Assembly (NCBI GenBank): GCA_918797485.1
Contig: CAKKNE010000003.1
Location: 2,170,001-2,234,000, forward strand
DNA: 64,000 nt
From: Pelagomonas calceolata
Lineage: Eukaryota
Direction of reading: 5' to 3'
Shown here: positions 42,773 to 53,211 of the stretch, piece by piece
How positions within the stretch are numbered: the first letter of the stretch is position 1
Layout of the letters: each line of letters starts with the position of its first letter
The notes under the pieces: model-generated
Told to the model about the DNA's origin: nothing
Seen by the model: the letters and a program-made list of their open reading frames with translations, nothing else
The model's database searches: none
Program-made: the position numbers and the translations under genes

Positions 42773-44809
42773 ATGCCACCCCGCGCCTTCGCCGGGCCCC
42801 TCGGCGTGAACCAGGGCGAGGGCATCCCGCCGCCCCGCGACTTGATCACTTCCGACACGCCTCCAGGAACTCCTCGAGATGACGACGACGACATTACTGT
42901 AGCGTCGGTATGTAACATCGGCATGCGGGGCAACAAGAAGGCCATGGCCGGCGCCGTCCAGGTCATGGACGAGTCCATGACGCCGGAGCAGGGTCTGTTG
43001 AATTTGAGGAGGAAGATCGCCCTACAACTCAAGGGCGGCTCGCATGGTCTGATGCGGTGCTGGGTGCTGTTTAGGAACAGGTCTGGCTCCACGAAGCAAG
43101 GCATTACGTTTGCGGAGTTCAAACGTGGACTAAAATCCTACGCTATCGACGCCCCGGAACGAGTGGCGAGGGAGATGTTCAATAGGATGGACGCTTCCGG
43201 AGATGATCATATTCAGATCAAGGAATTTATCGACCACGTCATGGGCCGCTGGGACCCGTCGGCGAACGTGCTCGGGGGCCACAAGTCGGCGGCGGAGATC
43301 GCGAGGATCGGCAGAATGGCTAAAAATGTGATGGTCAAGGACGCAGTTGATGATACGCTCACGGTGGAGCGGGGTCTCGTGATGCTGCGGCAGAAGATCG
43401 GCCAACGACTCGCTTCGGGTCCCGGTGGGTTGCTGCGGTGCTGGGTCAACTTCCGGCAGCGCGCCGGTGCCTCCAAGGAGGGCATCACGGCGTCCGAGTG
43501 GGAGCGCGGCCTCAAGATGTACGGCGTGCCCTTGAATAAGGCTCGAGCTCGCGAATTGTTCGACAGGATGGACGCTTCTGGAGATGGGTATATTCAAATC
43601 AAAGAATTTATTGATCAGGTCATGGGGCGATGGACGGCCGAGGCCAATATGCATACCGGAGGGAAATCTGAGGACGAGGTTAGAGGTAAGGACGGCGAAG
43701 GCAAACGGCGCGCGTCGCTCATGGTCAAGGACAAGGTCGACCCGTATATGACTGTTGAGGACGGGAAGCTCGCCCTGCGACGGGTCATCGGCCAGCGGTT
43801 GAAGTCCGGTCCCAATGGTCTCATGAGATGCTGGGTCGAGTTCCGGAATCGCGCCGGGTCGTCGAAGGAAGGTATTTCTCGGAGCGAGTTCAAACGTGGA
43901 TTGAAGCTCTATGGCATCCCGCTGCACCCGTCCAAAACTGATGAACTATTTGATCGGATGGACGCGTCGGGCGACGGCTACATTCAGATCAAGGAATTCA
44001 TCGACCAGATCATGGGCCGCTGGGACGCTTCCGTGAACGCGGGCGGCATGGAGTCGGCCGGTACTGATGGGTTAGGTAATAGACTTACGGAAGGCAGGAA
44101 ACGCGCCTTGGAAGCCGAGCAGCGGGCGTCCAAAAAGACGTTAGCTATAGATGCCGACGGCGCTCTCACTATTTTACGGGCCAAGGTGTCGCAACGACTA
44201 AAACCGGGCGGCCACGGCTTGCAAAGGGCGTGGCGCGCGTTCCGCAATTCAGGCGGCGGCGACCACGAGGGCATTCCTCGCTCGGGTTTGGATCGCGCTT
44301 TGCATGCTTTTGGATTACCATTAGATAAACCCACAACAGACGAAATTTTCGCGCGGCTCGACGTTAATGGTGATGGCTTTATCCACGAGCACGAGTTCGT
44401 GCGGGTCATCATGGGGCGATCGAAGCTCAAAGCGAGACCTAGGAAGGAGCCTGAGAAGCCTCCTATTGTCCTGAAGAAGCCTCCCGTGCCGAAGAAGAAG
44501 GCTCCTCCACCAGAGCCCGAACCGCTCCCCGAGCCGGAACTGCCTCCCTTGGAGCGACCTAGAACCGCCGACGACACGCCTAGAAGGCGGAAGTCGCCTC
44601 TGAAGAGGCCTGGTAGCGGTACGTCGCCGTACAAGCCCCAGGAACTGGCGCGGCCATCCACAAGCTCCTTGACGGGCCGCTTCCAGTCCAAGGGCAAGCA
44701 GCCCGGAGCGGTGTTGAGAGAAAGGATTCAAGCATCGCTGGGCAAGCGCGGGCAGTTCCGCCGGCGCAACCCGGACCTCGCGGCGTTACAAGCGTACGAC
44801 ATGCAATGA
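42773..44809 (+). CDS. EF-hand repeat protein (four ~120-aa modules plus Pro/Lys-rich tail)
   Basis: Repeated LxxKIxQRL..G..GL.RCW..FR...GI...EF.RGL..YG...LFDRMDASGDGYIQIKEF. Confidence 0.85.
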   Translation: MPPRAFAGPLGVNQGEGIPPPRDLITSDTPPGTPRDDDDDITVASVCNIGMRGNKKAMAGAVQVMDESMTPEQGLLNLRRKIALQLKGGSHGLMRCWVLFRNRSGSTKQGITFAEFKRGLKSYAIDAPERVAREMFNRMDASGDDHIQIKEFIDHVMGRWDPSANVLGGHKSAAEIARIGRMAKNVMVKDAVDDTLTVERGLVMLRQKIGQRLASGPGGLLRCWVNFRQRAGASKEGITASEWERGLKMYGVPLNKARARELFDRMDASGDGYIQIKEFIDQVMGRWTAEANMHTGGKSEDEVRGKDGEGKRRASLMVKDKVDPYMTVEDGKLALRRVIGQRLKSGPNGLMRCWVEFRNRAGSSKEGISRSEFKRGLKLYGIPLHPSKTDELFDRMDASGDGYIQIKEFIDQIMGRWDASVNAGGMESAGTDGLGNRLTEGRKRALEAEQRASKKTLAIDADGALTILRAKVSQRLKPGGHGLQRAWRAFRNSGGGDHEGIPRSGLDRALHAFGLPLDKPTTDEIFARLDVNGDGFIHEHEFVRVIMGRSKLKARPRKEPEKPPIVLKKPPVPKKKAPPPEPEPLPEPELPPLERPRTADDTPRRRKSPLKRPGSGTSPYKPQELARPSTSSLTGRFQSKGKQPGAVLRERIQASLGKRGQFRRRNPDLAALQAYDMQ

Positions 44810-45400
44810 CCAAGACCCATGACCATCCCCGCGCACGACTCTGTTGCCTACCTGCCCGCGCGGCCCCGCTTAGCCCTTTTGCGTAAGGAAGCGGACCAAT
44901 TGAATATGTGCCTACCCTACCCTACCCTGCGACTTGTGTTTCCGCGGCCGCGCGGCCGCGCGATTTGCCGCGTGGCGGATCGGGGCGCGCCATACCCGTC
45001 TCCCGTTCCAAGACTTAATGCGGCTTGTGTTTGACGCTTGCCCGCGGCGGCGGGTTCGAGGCCTGCGTGTCCACACAAAGTGAAACAAGGGCAAACTCAC
45101 CAGCCACTCGCGCGACTCCGCGTCCGGCGATATATCAGACCGATCGTACACTTCTAACCGCCAAGCGACATAAGGGAGCAAAAGAAACCGCGACCAATGA
45201 GACGGTCGCGCTCATTAATTGCTGCCTTGCAAAAAAATTGCTCGCACTCGGCGGCGACGCGTCCGCCGGCACGAATCAGTTTGATCCGCGCGGCGCCGCA
45301 ACCGCGCCGTCTCGGCCAGCTGCGTGCGGCGACGACCTTACGACAATTAAGTGACGCCCCGCGGTTCGCGAACGGCGCGCCGCTCGCAGACAGCAACAAA

Positions 45401-46055
45401 ATGGGTGCCGCCGCGTCCTGCGTAGGAAGCAAGGAGGACCCGATCACGTCGGGCGACGTCGAGGTGGCCCAGGAGGCCTGGGCCAAGGGCATCGTCGACA
45501 TCGGCAAGGTCTACCAGGACAAGGGCGACTAGCGGGCCGCGGCGTCCACTCTACCAGGCTTTTTTCACGAGAGCGCGGCTCGCGACGGTTTCGCGACGGT
45601 TTCGTTCCTCGCAGCAAAGCCAAGGCCGAGGAGGTCATCACGGAGCTCTACGGCTTCAAGGAGGAGGGCATGGAGGTGCTCTTCAAGCCGACGAAGGCGA
45701 GCGAGGTGCCGATCCGCCACGACTACGACCAGGCCGTGTCCTACTTCGTGGGCGCCGCGGCGGCGGGCGACGACATTGGGATCAAGGAGGACAAGGGCTT
45801 CGCCATCAACCCCTGGACGGTACGGTGCGGCGTCGAAACACGTATCCGCGCCTCACGGTGCGCGCGCAGGCGGTGCGCTTCGAGAACAGCAAGACGATCC
45901 TGAATGCCGATTCTGCCACAGCGATGGGCGAATATTACTTCACGACGCTCGAGGGCACGGTCGCGAAGGTCGAGTACACGTTCCAGTACAAGCGCGGCGC
46001 GGACGGCAACCTCAAGATCGTCGTCCACCACTCGTCCCTGCCGTACTCGCCCTGA
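45401..46055 (+). CDS. Iota-class carbonic anhydrase (COG4337/LCIP63-like); exons 45401-45531, 45615-45819, 45870-46055
   Basis: AQEAWAKGIV, VLFKPTKA, SYFVG, EDKGFAINPW, AMGEYYF, KVEYTF, KIVVHHSSLPY. The first intron is GC-AG. Confidence 0.88.
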
Positions 46056-46102
46056 GCGGGTCACCTGTACAAAGTAGGTATTCACAAAAAATCTTATGCA
46101 CA

Positions 46103-48159
46103 CTACTCGTCCGCCCGGAACCCGTTGTATTCGGCGCCCTGCGGCGGGCACCAGCCCCGATGCTTGAAGTCAACAATGCCCGCGGTGTAGGGCTTGAAGG
46201 AGCCGTAGTCGCGATCGTGCGTATAGGACACGCAGCGCGGGTCGGGCGGACCGCCTTCTTTTTCATACGCCATCTGGTGCGCCATCGCACCCTCACTTTC
46301 CCTCCACGCCAGGCCATGGTTCCAGATGACGAGGTTGAGGCGCTCGCCACTCGTAATGTGATCCGCGCCGTGGCGCCTCGCGCCCAGATGTACCACGCAC
46401 GCGCCCACGCGATGGTGGTACGTGTGCTTGTGGCACCGGTGGTCCGCCGCGCCGATCATCCCACAGAAGACCAACCCACACCCCTCGAAGTCCCGCCCGA
46501 GACAGACGTTGAACGTCACTGCGAGGGGACGTGGAGGTTCGCGCCATCGACGCGACGTAGAACTCAAATTTCAACGCCGAGTCACCGACCGTCCGAGTCG
46601 TCCGTGTGGACGTCCAGGTGACTGTCCTCGTCGGCCCGATATTTGACAACAAACGCGTGCGTCGAGTCGAAGCCAGTGGCTGGGTCGCCCCGGTCTGACG
46701 AGGAGAACAGCTCCCGCGCGAGCGGGAGCAGCACGAGGCGCTGCAGTGCTACCATGAGCGGCTCGAGGCCGATGTCGTTGACGATGATGCCTGTGTGAAC
46801 GATTCTGACCGCATGCGTCGATGGCGTGGAGGCTGACGCCGTCGCTGCACCGTAGTTGTTCATGCTGTTCGGTCGCGCCGCCGGTAGTTTGCTCGCGTAG
46901 AAGTAGTCGACTTCGGCCAAGAGCGCCGTCGTGAACTCTGCGGAAAACAAATCAAAGGCATACACGCCCTCGCAGACCTCCTCGACGCAGCGCCGCAGGT
47001 CTCCCGCCTCAATCGCCTCGACCAGCCGCGGTGCGAGGGCGCTCTTTGGTAGTAGTACAGGCGGCGCGAACGGTCCGGGCGTAGACACGGCCGTGGCCAG
47101 CGCCGACGCCTCGTCGATATCTCCGAAAAGGCCGATCTTGTGCGCCGGCCACTCGTTTCTGTAGGCGTCGATCACTCGCCTTCTTCGGGAGTGGTCGCTC
47201 GCCGCGTGGCGCCACCGATCCGAACCGTCGTCCTCAAGCGCCGCCCGTAGGCCCTCGACGACCGCCTCGAGTCCGAAGGGCTCGTCGCTCCGGGAGGCGA
47301 GGAGGGCGTAGAACTGGAGGCCAGCGCGACGCCCGTGGTGGTCCGCGTCGTCGTCGACGACGATTGTGCGGCCGAGCGACGCCTGGCGGATGCGCGGCGG
47401 GCCTTCCCGCGAGGCGTACACCAGCCTAAACCACACGCCGGCCTCGTAGGGCCGGTCACCTCGCACGACCACGTCCACATAAAACGGTGCTTTGCCGTCG
47501 CGGACCGCCTTGCCCGTCGTCGACAAATTGACGCCCGGGCAGCGCCGCGGCGGCGTGATCGCGAGAACAGAACCCTGGACGCGCGCGATCGCGGCGTTGA
47601 GCTCGTACCCCAGGCCCGGCGCGACGGAGGCCTCGGCGTAGAACGGCTCGCGGCAGGATGCAATGACGGCATCCACCAAATCGCCCGGAAGTGATGCGCG
47701 CAGTTGTTCCGCCTCGGCGTCGCGCTGGGCCTCGGCCTCAAATTTTTGACGCCTTTGAGCCGCTGCGTGCAGCCGCCTTATCTCGTCCCGGGCCTCCCTA
47801 TTTTGCGGGTCGAGCTGCGCGGCCCTTCGCAAGTCTTCGTAGGCCGCGCCGAAGTGCCCGAGCTTCCTTCGCGCGCAACCGCGCCGTACCAACGACGGGG
47901 CGCAGACGCCCAGGTCGAGCGCTCGCGTGGCCGCCTCTTCGGCTTCGGTTAAATCACCGTTCAAAACATAGGTACGTGACTGCGCCAATAGCGCGGCCTT
48001 CCGCTTGTCGGGCGAGCCCGCGACCGCTAATGCTTTTCCGTAGAAGTGCAGCGCGGCTGTCAGGTCGCCGGCGTCGCGTTCTTTGTCGCCTTGCTTAAGC
48101 AGGTCGTCGCTGGCGTCGCTCTCGTCTGCCTTGGCGCCGCCGCGGAACCAGTCCATCAT
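46103..48159 (-). CDS. TPR + OGFOD2-like 2OG-Fe(II) oxygenase; introns 46791-46850 and 46519-46589
   Basis: N-terminal TPRs; RPNSMNNYG|IIVN, AFVVKY, LDVHTDDSD|VTFNVCLG, HLGARRHGA, GERLNLVIW. Confidence 0.88.
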
Positions 48160-48518
48160 CGTCACGATCTCGTCTCGTGTTATGTCTGGCCCTGCCCGAC
48201 GATCTCTTTCGACGCGTTAGCGCCGCACGGCCTTTAAAACCGTTCGCAGAGCAGTGAGTGTTGGGGCACTTGTGGAGCCGTCGCGGCGTCTCACAGAGCC
48301 CAGCGATGCTCCGCGCGACTGTGACGATCTGTTTGACTGCACGCGTTGCTTTGCACCTCGCAGAAACGCGCAGGCAGGCAGCAATCAGCCCGAGCTCTGG
48401 ATGCTCTGCTGCAGGCAGAGCAGTCACAATTTAGCTCGAAGGCCTGCCACAGCGCGAAAGGGGTTCCGGCTGGCTACGACATCTGTGCAGCTGTGCACTG
48501 CGATACACAGAGCGAGTC

Positions 48519-48761
48519 ATGCGACGCGTGGTGGCAGCCATCCTGGCACTCAGTGCGACTGCTTTTGTAGCACCGATTCAGCCGCCCGCTGCACCGAAAC
48601 CCCAGCAGCTCGTCGTCCTGCGCGGTGCGAACGATGAGTCCATCTTCAGCTCAGAGAAAATTGGAAAAGCAGCGTTCATCATGATCCCGTTTATGTGGGG
48701 CGTGATCGACTGGGCGCACCCGCCGTGGTACGACGTCGTGCTCGACGCGTTCCGAGGATGA
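48519..48761 (+). CDS. Small (80 aa) plastid-targeted single-TM protein
   Basis: Signal peptide plus ATAFVAP (ASAFAP-type) cleavage motif and transit peptide; one hydrophobic helix; TGA overlaps the next ATG. Confidence 0.72.
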   Translation: MRRVVAAILALSATAFVAPIQPPAAPKPQQLVVLRGANDESIFSSEKIGKAAFIMIPFMWGVIDWAHPPWYDVVLDAFRG

Positions 48762-50299
48762 GGTTCCTACTCGTATCCACAGCGGCGGCTCTGAGCGTGC
48801 CGGGCACCCATAAGCGGCAGATCCGCATCGCGCCCGGCCTGGAGGTCACCGTGCTCGAGGCCGACGAGGGCAAGCCGGGCGGCGTCCACACGGGCACCGT
48901 CACGTGGAGCGGCGGCCGCGCGCTTGCAGGCTATCTCTCAGAGAACGCACATCTCGTGCGCGGCAAGCGGGTCGCCGAGATCGGCTGCGGCTGCGGCCTC
49001 GTCTCGCTGACGTGCTGCGCGCTCGGGGCGGACGCGGTGCTCGCCACAGACGTCGAAGACGACGCTCTGGCGCGCGTCGCGGGCGCACCCGACGGCGCGA
49101 AGCTATCTACATCCATATTTGACATCTTCAGCGAGTCACCTCTACCGCCTTGCGACGTGCTGGTGGCCTCCGACGTGGGCTACACGGAGAAACTCGCCTT
49201 GGGCTTTGCGCGCCGCGCCGCCGAGGCCGTCGCGGCAGGCGCCACCGTCGTGACCTCGGACTCGACGAAGCTTCGCTGGACCGAGTTCCTCGCCGACGCG
49301 TCGCGGCTGACGGGACGCGACGTGCGGGCCTTCAGCTGGCGCGACAAATCGAACCCGTACGTAAGGCCCGCGAGTGTAGCCGTGCTACGACCGTTCCGGA
49401 TCGGCAGCCGGCCGTCGAAGCTCGCCATCGTGCAGGCGGAGAGGGTCCGGAGCGCTCTCAACGTCTCTTCTGCGCTTATGCCTATCGACGCGGCGGGTGA
49501 TATACAAGGAAGCAAGGAGGACGCGCCGCTCGCGCGGAAAGGGGTCGATTTCACGGGATCGCTCGACGACGCTCTCTTAGATGGCACGATCGACGCAGCG
49601 GTCCATAGCTGCAAGGACATCCCTCCGCAGAATCGGTGGCGCGCGGGCCTGACCATAGCCGCGTGCCTACCCCGCGCTGACGTGCAAGACGTCCTGGTCG
49701 GGCCCTACGCGTCCTTGCAGGATCTGCCAGCCGGCGCTAGGGTAGGATCGGCGTCGATGCGGCGGCAGGCGCAACTCTTAGCGCGGCGGCCGGACGCGCA
49801 AGTTGTGAACATCCGCGGCAATGTATTGGAAAGACTGGCTGCACTCGATGCTGGTGAAGTAGACGCCCTGATTCTGGCCAAGGCCGGGCTTGACCGGCTC
49901 GCAGAGGCTCGGGCAGATGTCCATCCGATACCGCTGGATGACATGTTGCCCGGCGCGGCGCAAGGAATTATCGCCGTCGTGTGCCGCGCCGACGACGCGG
50001 CGACGGCGGCGATTCTAGACAACATAGACGACCGCGCGGCGCGTCGTTGCGTGGCCGCCGAACGGGCGCTGCTCGACGTCGTTGATGAGAGCCTGCGACG
50101 AAAGTGGCCGGGCAGACCACCGGTCGCCGCCTACTGCTGCGGAAGCGTCCTGCGGGGCAAATTGGCGACGCCGGACGGCTCGGCCGTCGTCGAGGTGTCG
50201 GAAGCCCTCCACGACGGCGAGTCGTTCGAGGACCTCGGGCGGCGCGTGGGGCACGCGCTGGTCGAGCAGGGCGGGAGCGCGTTCCTTTCCGGCTACTAG
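48758..50299 (+). CDS. Fusion of a METTL21-like (family 16) SAM methyltransferase and a porphobilinogen deaminase (HemC)-like domain
   Basis: TGTVTWSGG, VAEIGCGCGL and VLVASDVGY, then IGSRPSKLA, DAAVHSCKD, VGSASMRR, IRGNV..RL, ILAKAGLDRL and AERA in one ORF. Confidence 0.85.
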   Translation: MRFLLVSTAAALSVPGTHKRQIRIAPGLEVTVLEADEGKPGGVHTGTVTWSGGRALAGYLSENAHLVRGKRVAEIGCGCGLVSLTCCALGADAVLATDVEDDALARVAGAPDGAKLSTSIFDIFSESPLPPCDVLVASDVGYTEKLALGFARRAAEAVAAGATVVTSDSTKLRWTEFLADASRLTGRDVRAFSWRDKSNPYVRPASVAVLRPFRIGSRPSKLAIVQAERVRSALNVSSALMPIDAAGDIQGSKEDAPLARKGVDFTGSLDDALLDGTIDAAVHSCKDIPPQNRWRAGLTIAACLPRADVQDVLVGPYASLQDLPAGARVGSASMRRQAQLLARRPDAQVVNIRGNVLERLAALDAGEVDALILAKAGLDRLAEARADVHPIPLDDMLPGAAQGIIAVVCRADDAATAAILDNIDDRAARRCVAAERALLDVVDESLRRKWPGRPPVAAYCCGSVLRGKLATPDGSAVVEVSEALHDGESFEDLGRRVGHALVEQGGSAFLSGY

Positions 50300-50364
50300 C
50301 CCGCGATAAATTAGAATAATAACCCACAAGTTTACGGCCTCCACACGCCGTCGACGCGACACGC

Positions 50365-50937
50365 TCAGAGCCCCACCGAACTCAGATAGGCGTCGAGTGA
50401 TACCAGAGACGCGTCGTAGGCCGCCGCCGCGTCGGTCTTCTTCTTCTTCTTGAGCAATGCCGCACAGGCGTCCGCGTCCTTTTTAAAGGCCTTGAACTTC
50501 TGCACTTGGACGATCTTGTCCGGGTTTTGGGTCGAGTTGATGCGGAACGCGTTCGCGAGCAGGAAGCCGGCGGCCTCGAGGTCGTCCAGCGCGCCGTCCT
50601 TCTCGGCGAAGAGCGCCGCGATGTCCGTCGATTTCTTGTAGGCCTTGGCGCCCTCGGTTACTCTCGCATTATATCGCTCCTTCGCTCGTAGCAAATAGGC
50701 GCCGCCTGCCGTCGCGCCGCCCGACGCGTCGACCTCCGCTACTCGCGCGAAGGCCGTGACGGCCGCGGCGATCGATGCGGTGCCGAAGGTCTTTCTCGAG
50801 ACGGCTGCTGGCTTTTGAGCCATGGCTCTTCTTAGATTTGCGAGGGCGTCATCCGTTGCTGTGGGTGTTGTGGTTCGCTGAGCTACAAGGGCTGCAGCAG
50901 TGATGCATAGCGCTGCGAGAGCCGTGTGGCGCAGCAT
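50365..50937 (-). CDS. Probable thylakoid-lumen helical protein (PsbQ'-like family, tentative)
   Basis: Signal peptide plus RK-hydrophobic-AxA lumen signal; mature region ASGGATAGG...AKERYNARV...GFLLANAFR. Confidence 0.55.
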   Translation of the reverse strand: MLRHTALAALCITAAALVAQRTTTPTATDDALANLRRAMAQKPAAVSRKTFGTASIAAAVTAFARVAEVDASGGATAGGAYLLRAKERYNARVTEGAKAYKKSTDIAALFAEKDGALDDLEAAGFLLANAFRINSTQNPDKIVQVQKFKAFKKDADACAALLKKKKKTDAAAAYDASLVSLDAYLSSVGL

Positions 50938-51505
50938 TGCTCCGAATTCTTTGTTGGTTGCAGCGATGGGTCGGTAGAGATGCTACGGATGTCCTTCTGA
51001 GCACGATAATGCTCCTCGTGGTGCTATAATAAGGCTCAGAGCCAAGTTTGTGGTGTTGCAGTAAACCCGTGCGCACCGGAAAGCGCGGTTCTGGACCGAC
51101 GGAGGAGCGGTCGATACGCCTCGGGCAGCAAGCGTAGGCAACAGAGGGGTGCCTAGAGCTGGCGGAACTTGCGAGGGCAAACACAGAGCTCAGCTTTCGT
51201 ATTGAGTCTGAGCCAAACTCTGCGGCGCGGAGACGACGGCAGGGTTTGCGTACCGCATCGCATCCAAACGGCTGAGAGCCGCAACGTATCGAAACCTACG
51301 CCGCCGCCGCACAGTTTGAACGCGGCCAGCGAGGCAGAGCAGCCTTGACCTGACCCTTGCTCTTACGTGCGCGCGGGCCGTAGGGCGACCACGCGTCGTT
51401 AGCGCTACCTGCTGGTCTACTGCTACCTCCCTGCCTGCTGCCTGCGCGCCCAAGGCCCGCAGGACCCAGGAATAAAAGGAGGGGCGACGACCAGAACACG
51501 CGAAA

Positions 51506-53021
51506 ATGAGCGCACCCGCCGTGGCGCCCCAAGTCACCTCGGACTTCGGTTTGCTGTCCGATGACGATGAAAAAACGATAGAGACCTCCCTGCCACCTTC
51601 TCCGAGAAGCCCCGCGACACCACAACGCGGACTCACAAGAGAACTGAAGCGATATAATGTGATGGGCATCCGCTTCGACGTCGATGTCCGATACGACGTC
51701 CTCGACGTCGTGGGCCAGGGCGCCTACGGCGTCGTCTGCGCCGCGCACGACGCTGTGGCTGGGGAAGCGGTCGCAATCAAAAAAATTGCCAATGCATTTG
51801 AACATGCTACCTACACGAAACGGACGTTGCGCGAGATCCGGTTGTTGCGATTGTTAAGGCACGACAATATCGTGCGGCTGAAGACGTTGTTACCTCCGGT
51901 CAAGTCGGATGGATTTCGGGACCTGTATATCATTTCTGACTTACTGGAGACGGATTTATCCTCCGTGATCAAGAGCCCGCAACCTCTGTTCGACGAGCAC
52001 GTCCAGTTCTTCATCTACCAAGTGTTAAGAGGTGTGAAGTTCCTCCACACGTGTAGCCCACCGGTTACTCACCGTGACCTCAAGCCGCGCAATTTACTGG
52101 TGAACTCGAACTGCGACCTGAAGATCTGCGACTTCGGGCTGGCGCGCGTCGACGTGCAATCGTCGTCGTCGTCGGCGATGACCGATTATGTCGCTACTAG
52201 ATGGTACCGCGCGCCTGAAATTATCACTGGTATGTATGCAGTGTCCTTTTGAGGGCGTTCGGACTACGTCGCGTCGTAGCATCCATCGCGTCGATGGCGT
52301 CGAGGGCGGTCCCACGGCCTCCTGGCCGAGTTTCTGTCGGAGTGGCTGCGAGCGCGTCTCGAGACGGCTTCACAGCCTCAGAAAGCTCGCTTCCGCCCCC
52401 ACGCCATCGCCGCGACGCTTACGACACACAGGCTGGGTCGAGTACACGAAGGCCGTCGACGTCTGGGCCGCCGGCTGCATCTTGGCCGAATTGCTGGGAC
52501 GGAAGCCGCTCTGGCCGGGGAGCGACTCGCAACATCAACTGGAGCTCATCTGCCAGTGCGTCGGACGGCCGTCTATGGACACGATCGACAAGATCCAGAC
52601 GCCGGAGATCCGCGAGTTCGTCGCGCAGATCCCGGATTCACGACCGGTCGGCTTCCGGGCGTTGTATCCACAAGCGAACCCATTGGCGTGCGACTTGCTC
52701 GAGGATTTACTAGTGTTTGAGCCCTCAGATAGAATCGACGTCTGTCAGGCGCTGGCGCACCCCTACCTGGAGCAGCTCCACTACCCCGACGACGAGCCGA
52801 CCGGGCCCTCTATACCTGCTGATCAATTCGCGTTCGAGCGAAAGCGCATGTCCGCTTCTGAATTAAAAGCGGAGATCCTGCGCGAGATCTGGCACTACCA
52901 CTGGCCGCGCCACGGCAAGCGCCACCGGCGCGACCCGTCGGAGCCCTTCGCCGACCTCTCGGAGACGTACGCCGCGGACTCGCGCGACTCGCCCGTCGAG
53001 CCCGCGGCGAAGCACCGGTGA
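51506..53021 (+). CDS. Mitogen-activated protein kinase (TDY activation motif); exons 51506-52229, 52432-53021
   Basis: GQGAYGVV, VAIKKI, RTLREIRLL, HRDLKP, DFGLAR, MTDYVATRWYRAPE, ALAHPYL. Confidence 0.96.
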
Positions 53022-53211
53022 TCACTGGCTGCTGCCGCCATGCGGCCCTCTTTTGTGAAACGAAGTAACGTTACCCTGTATGAACTTCCTAGCTATCCTG
53101 TCGTATAGACAACGACTTCTCCGCAGACTCCGCTCCGAGAAATTAGGGAAACCCGAATTTACGTCGCCTAGACGCGTGAGCGACTCGGGAAGCGTGGTCT
53201 AAACGCGACAG

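Noticed and set aside
45050..45075. tRNA-like T-arm (GCGGG TTCGAGG CCTGC)
   Set aside because: No matching acceptor stem, D-arm or anticodon arm lies upstream.
45530..45532. In-frame TAG in the carbonic anhydrase as a pseudogene or readthrough signal
   Set aside because: It is explained by a GC-AG intron at 45532-45614 that restores the conserved GDY.
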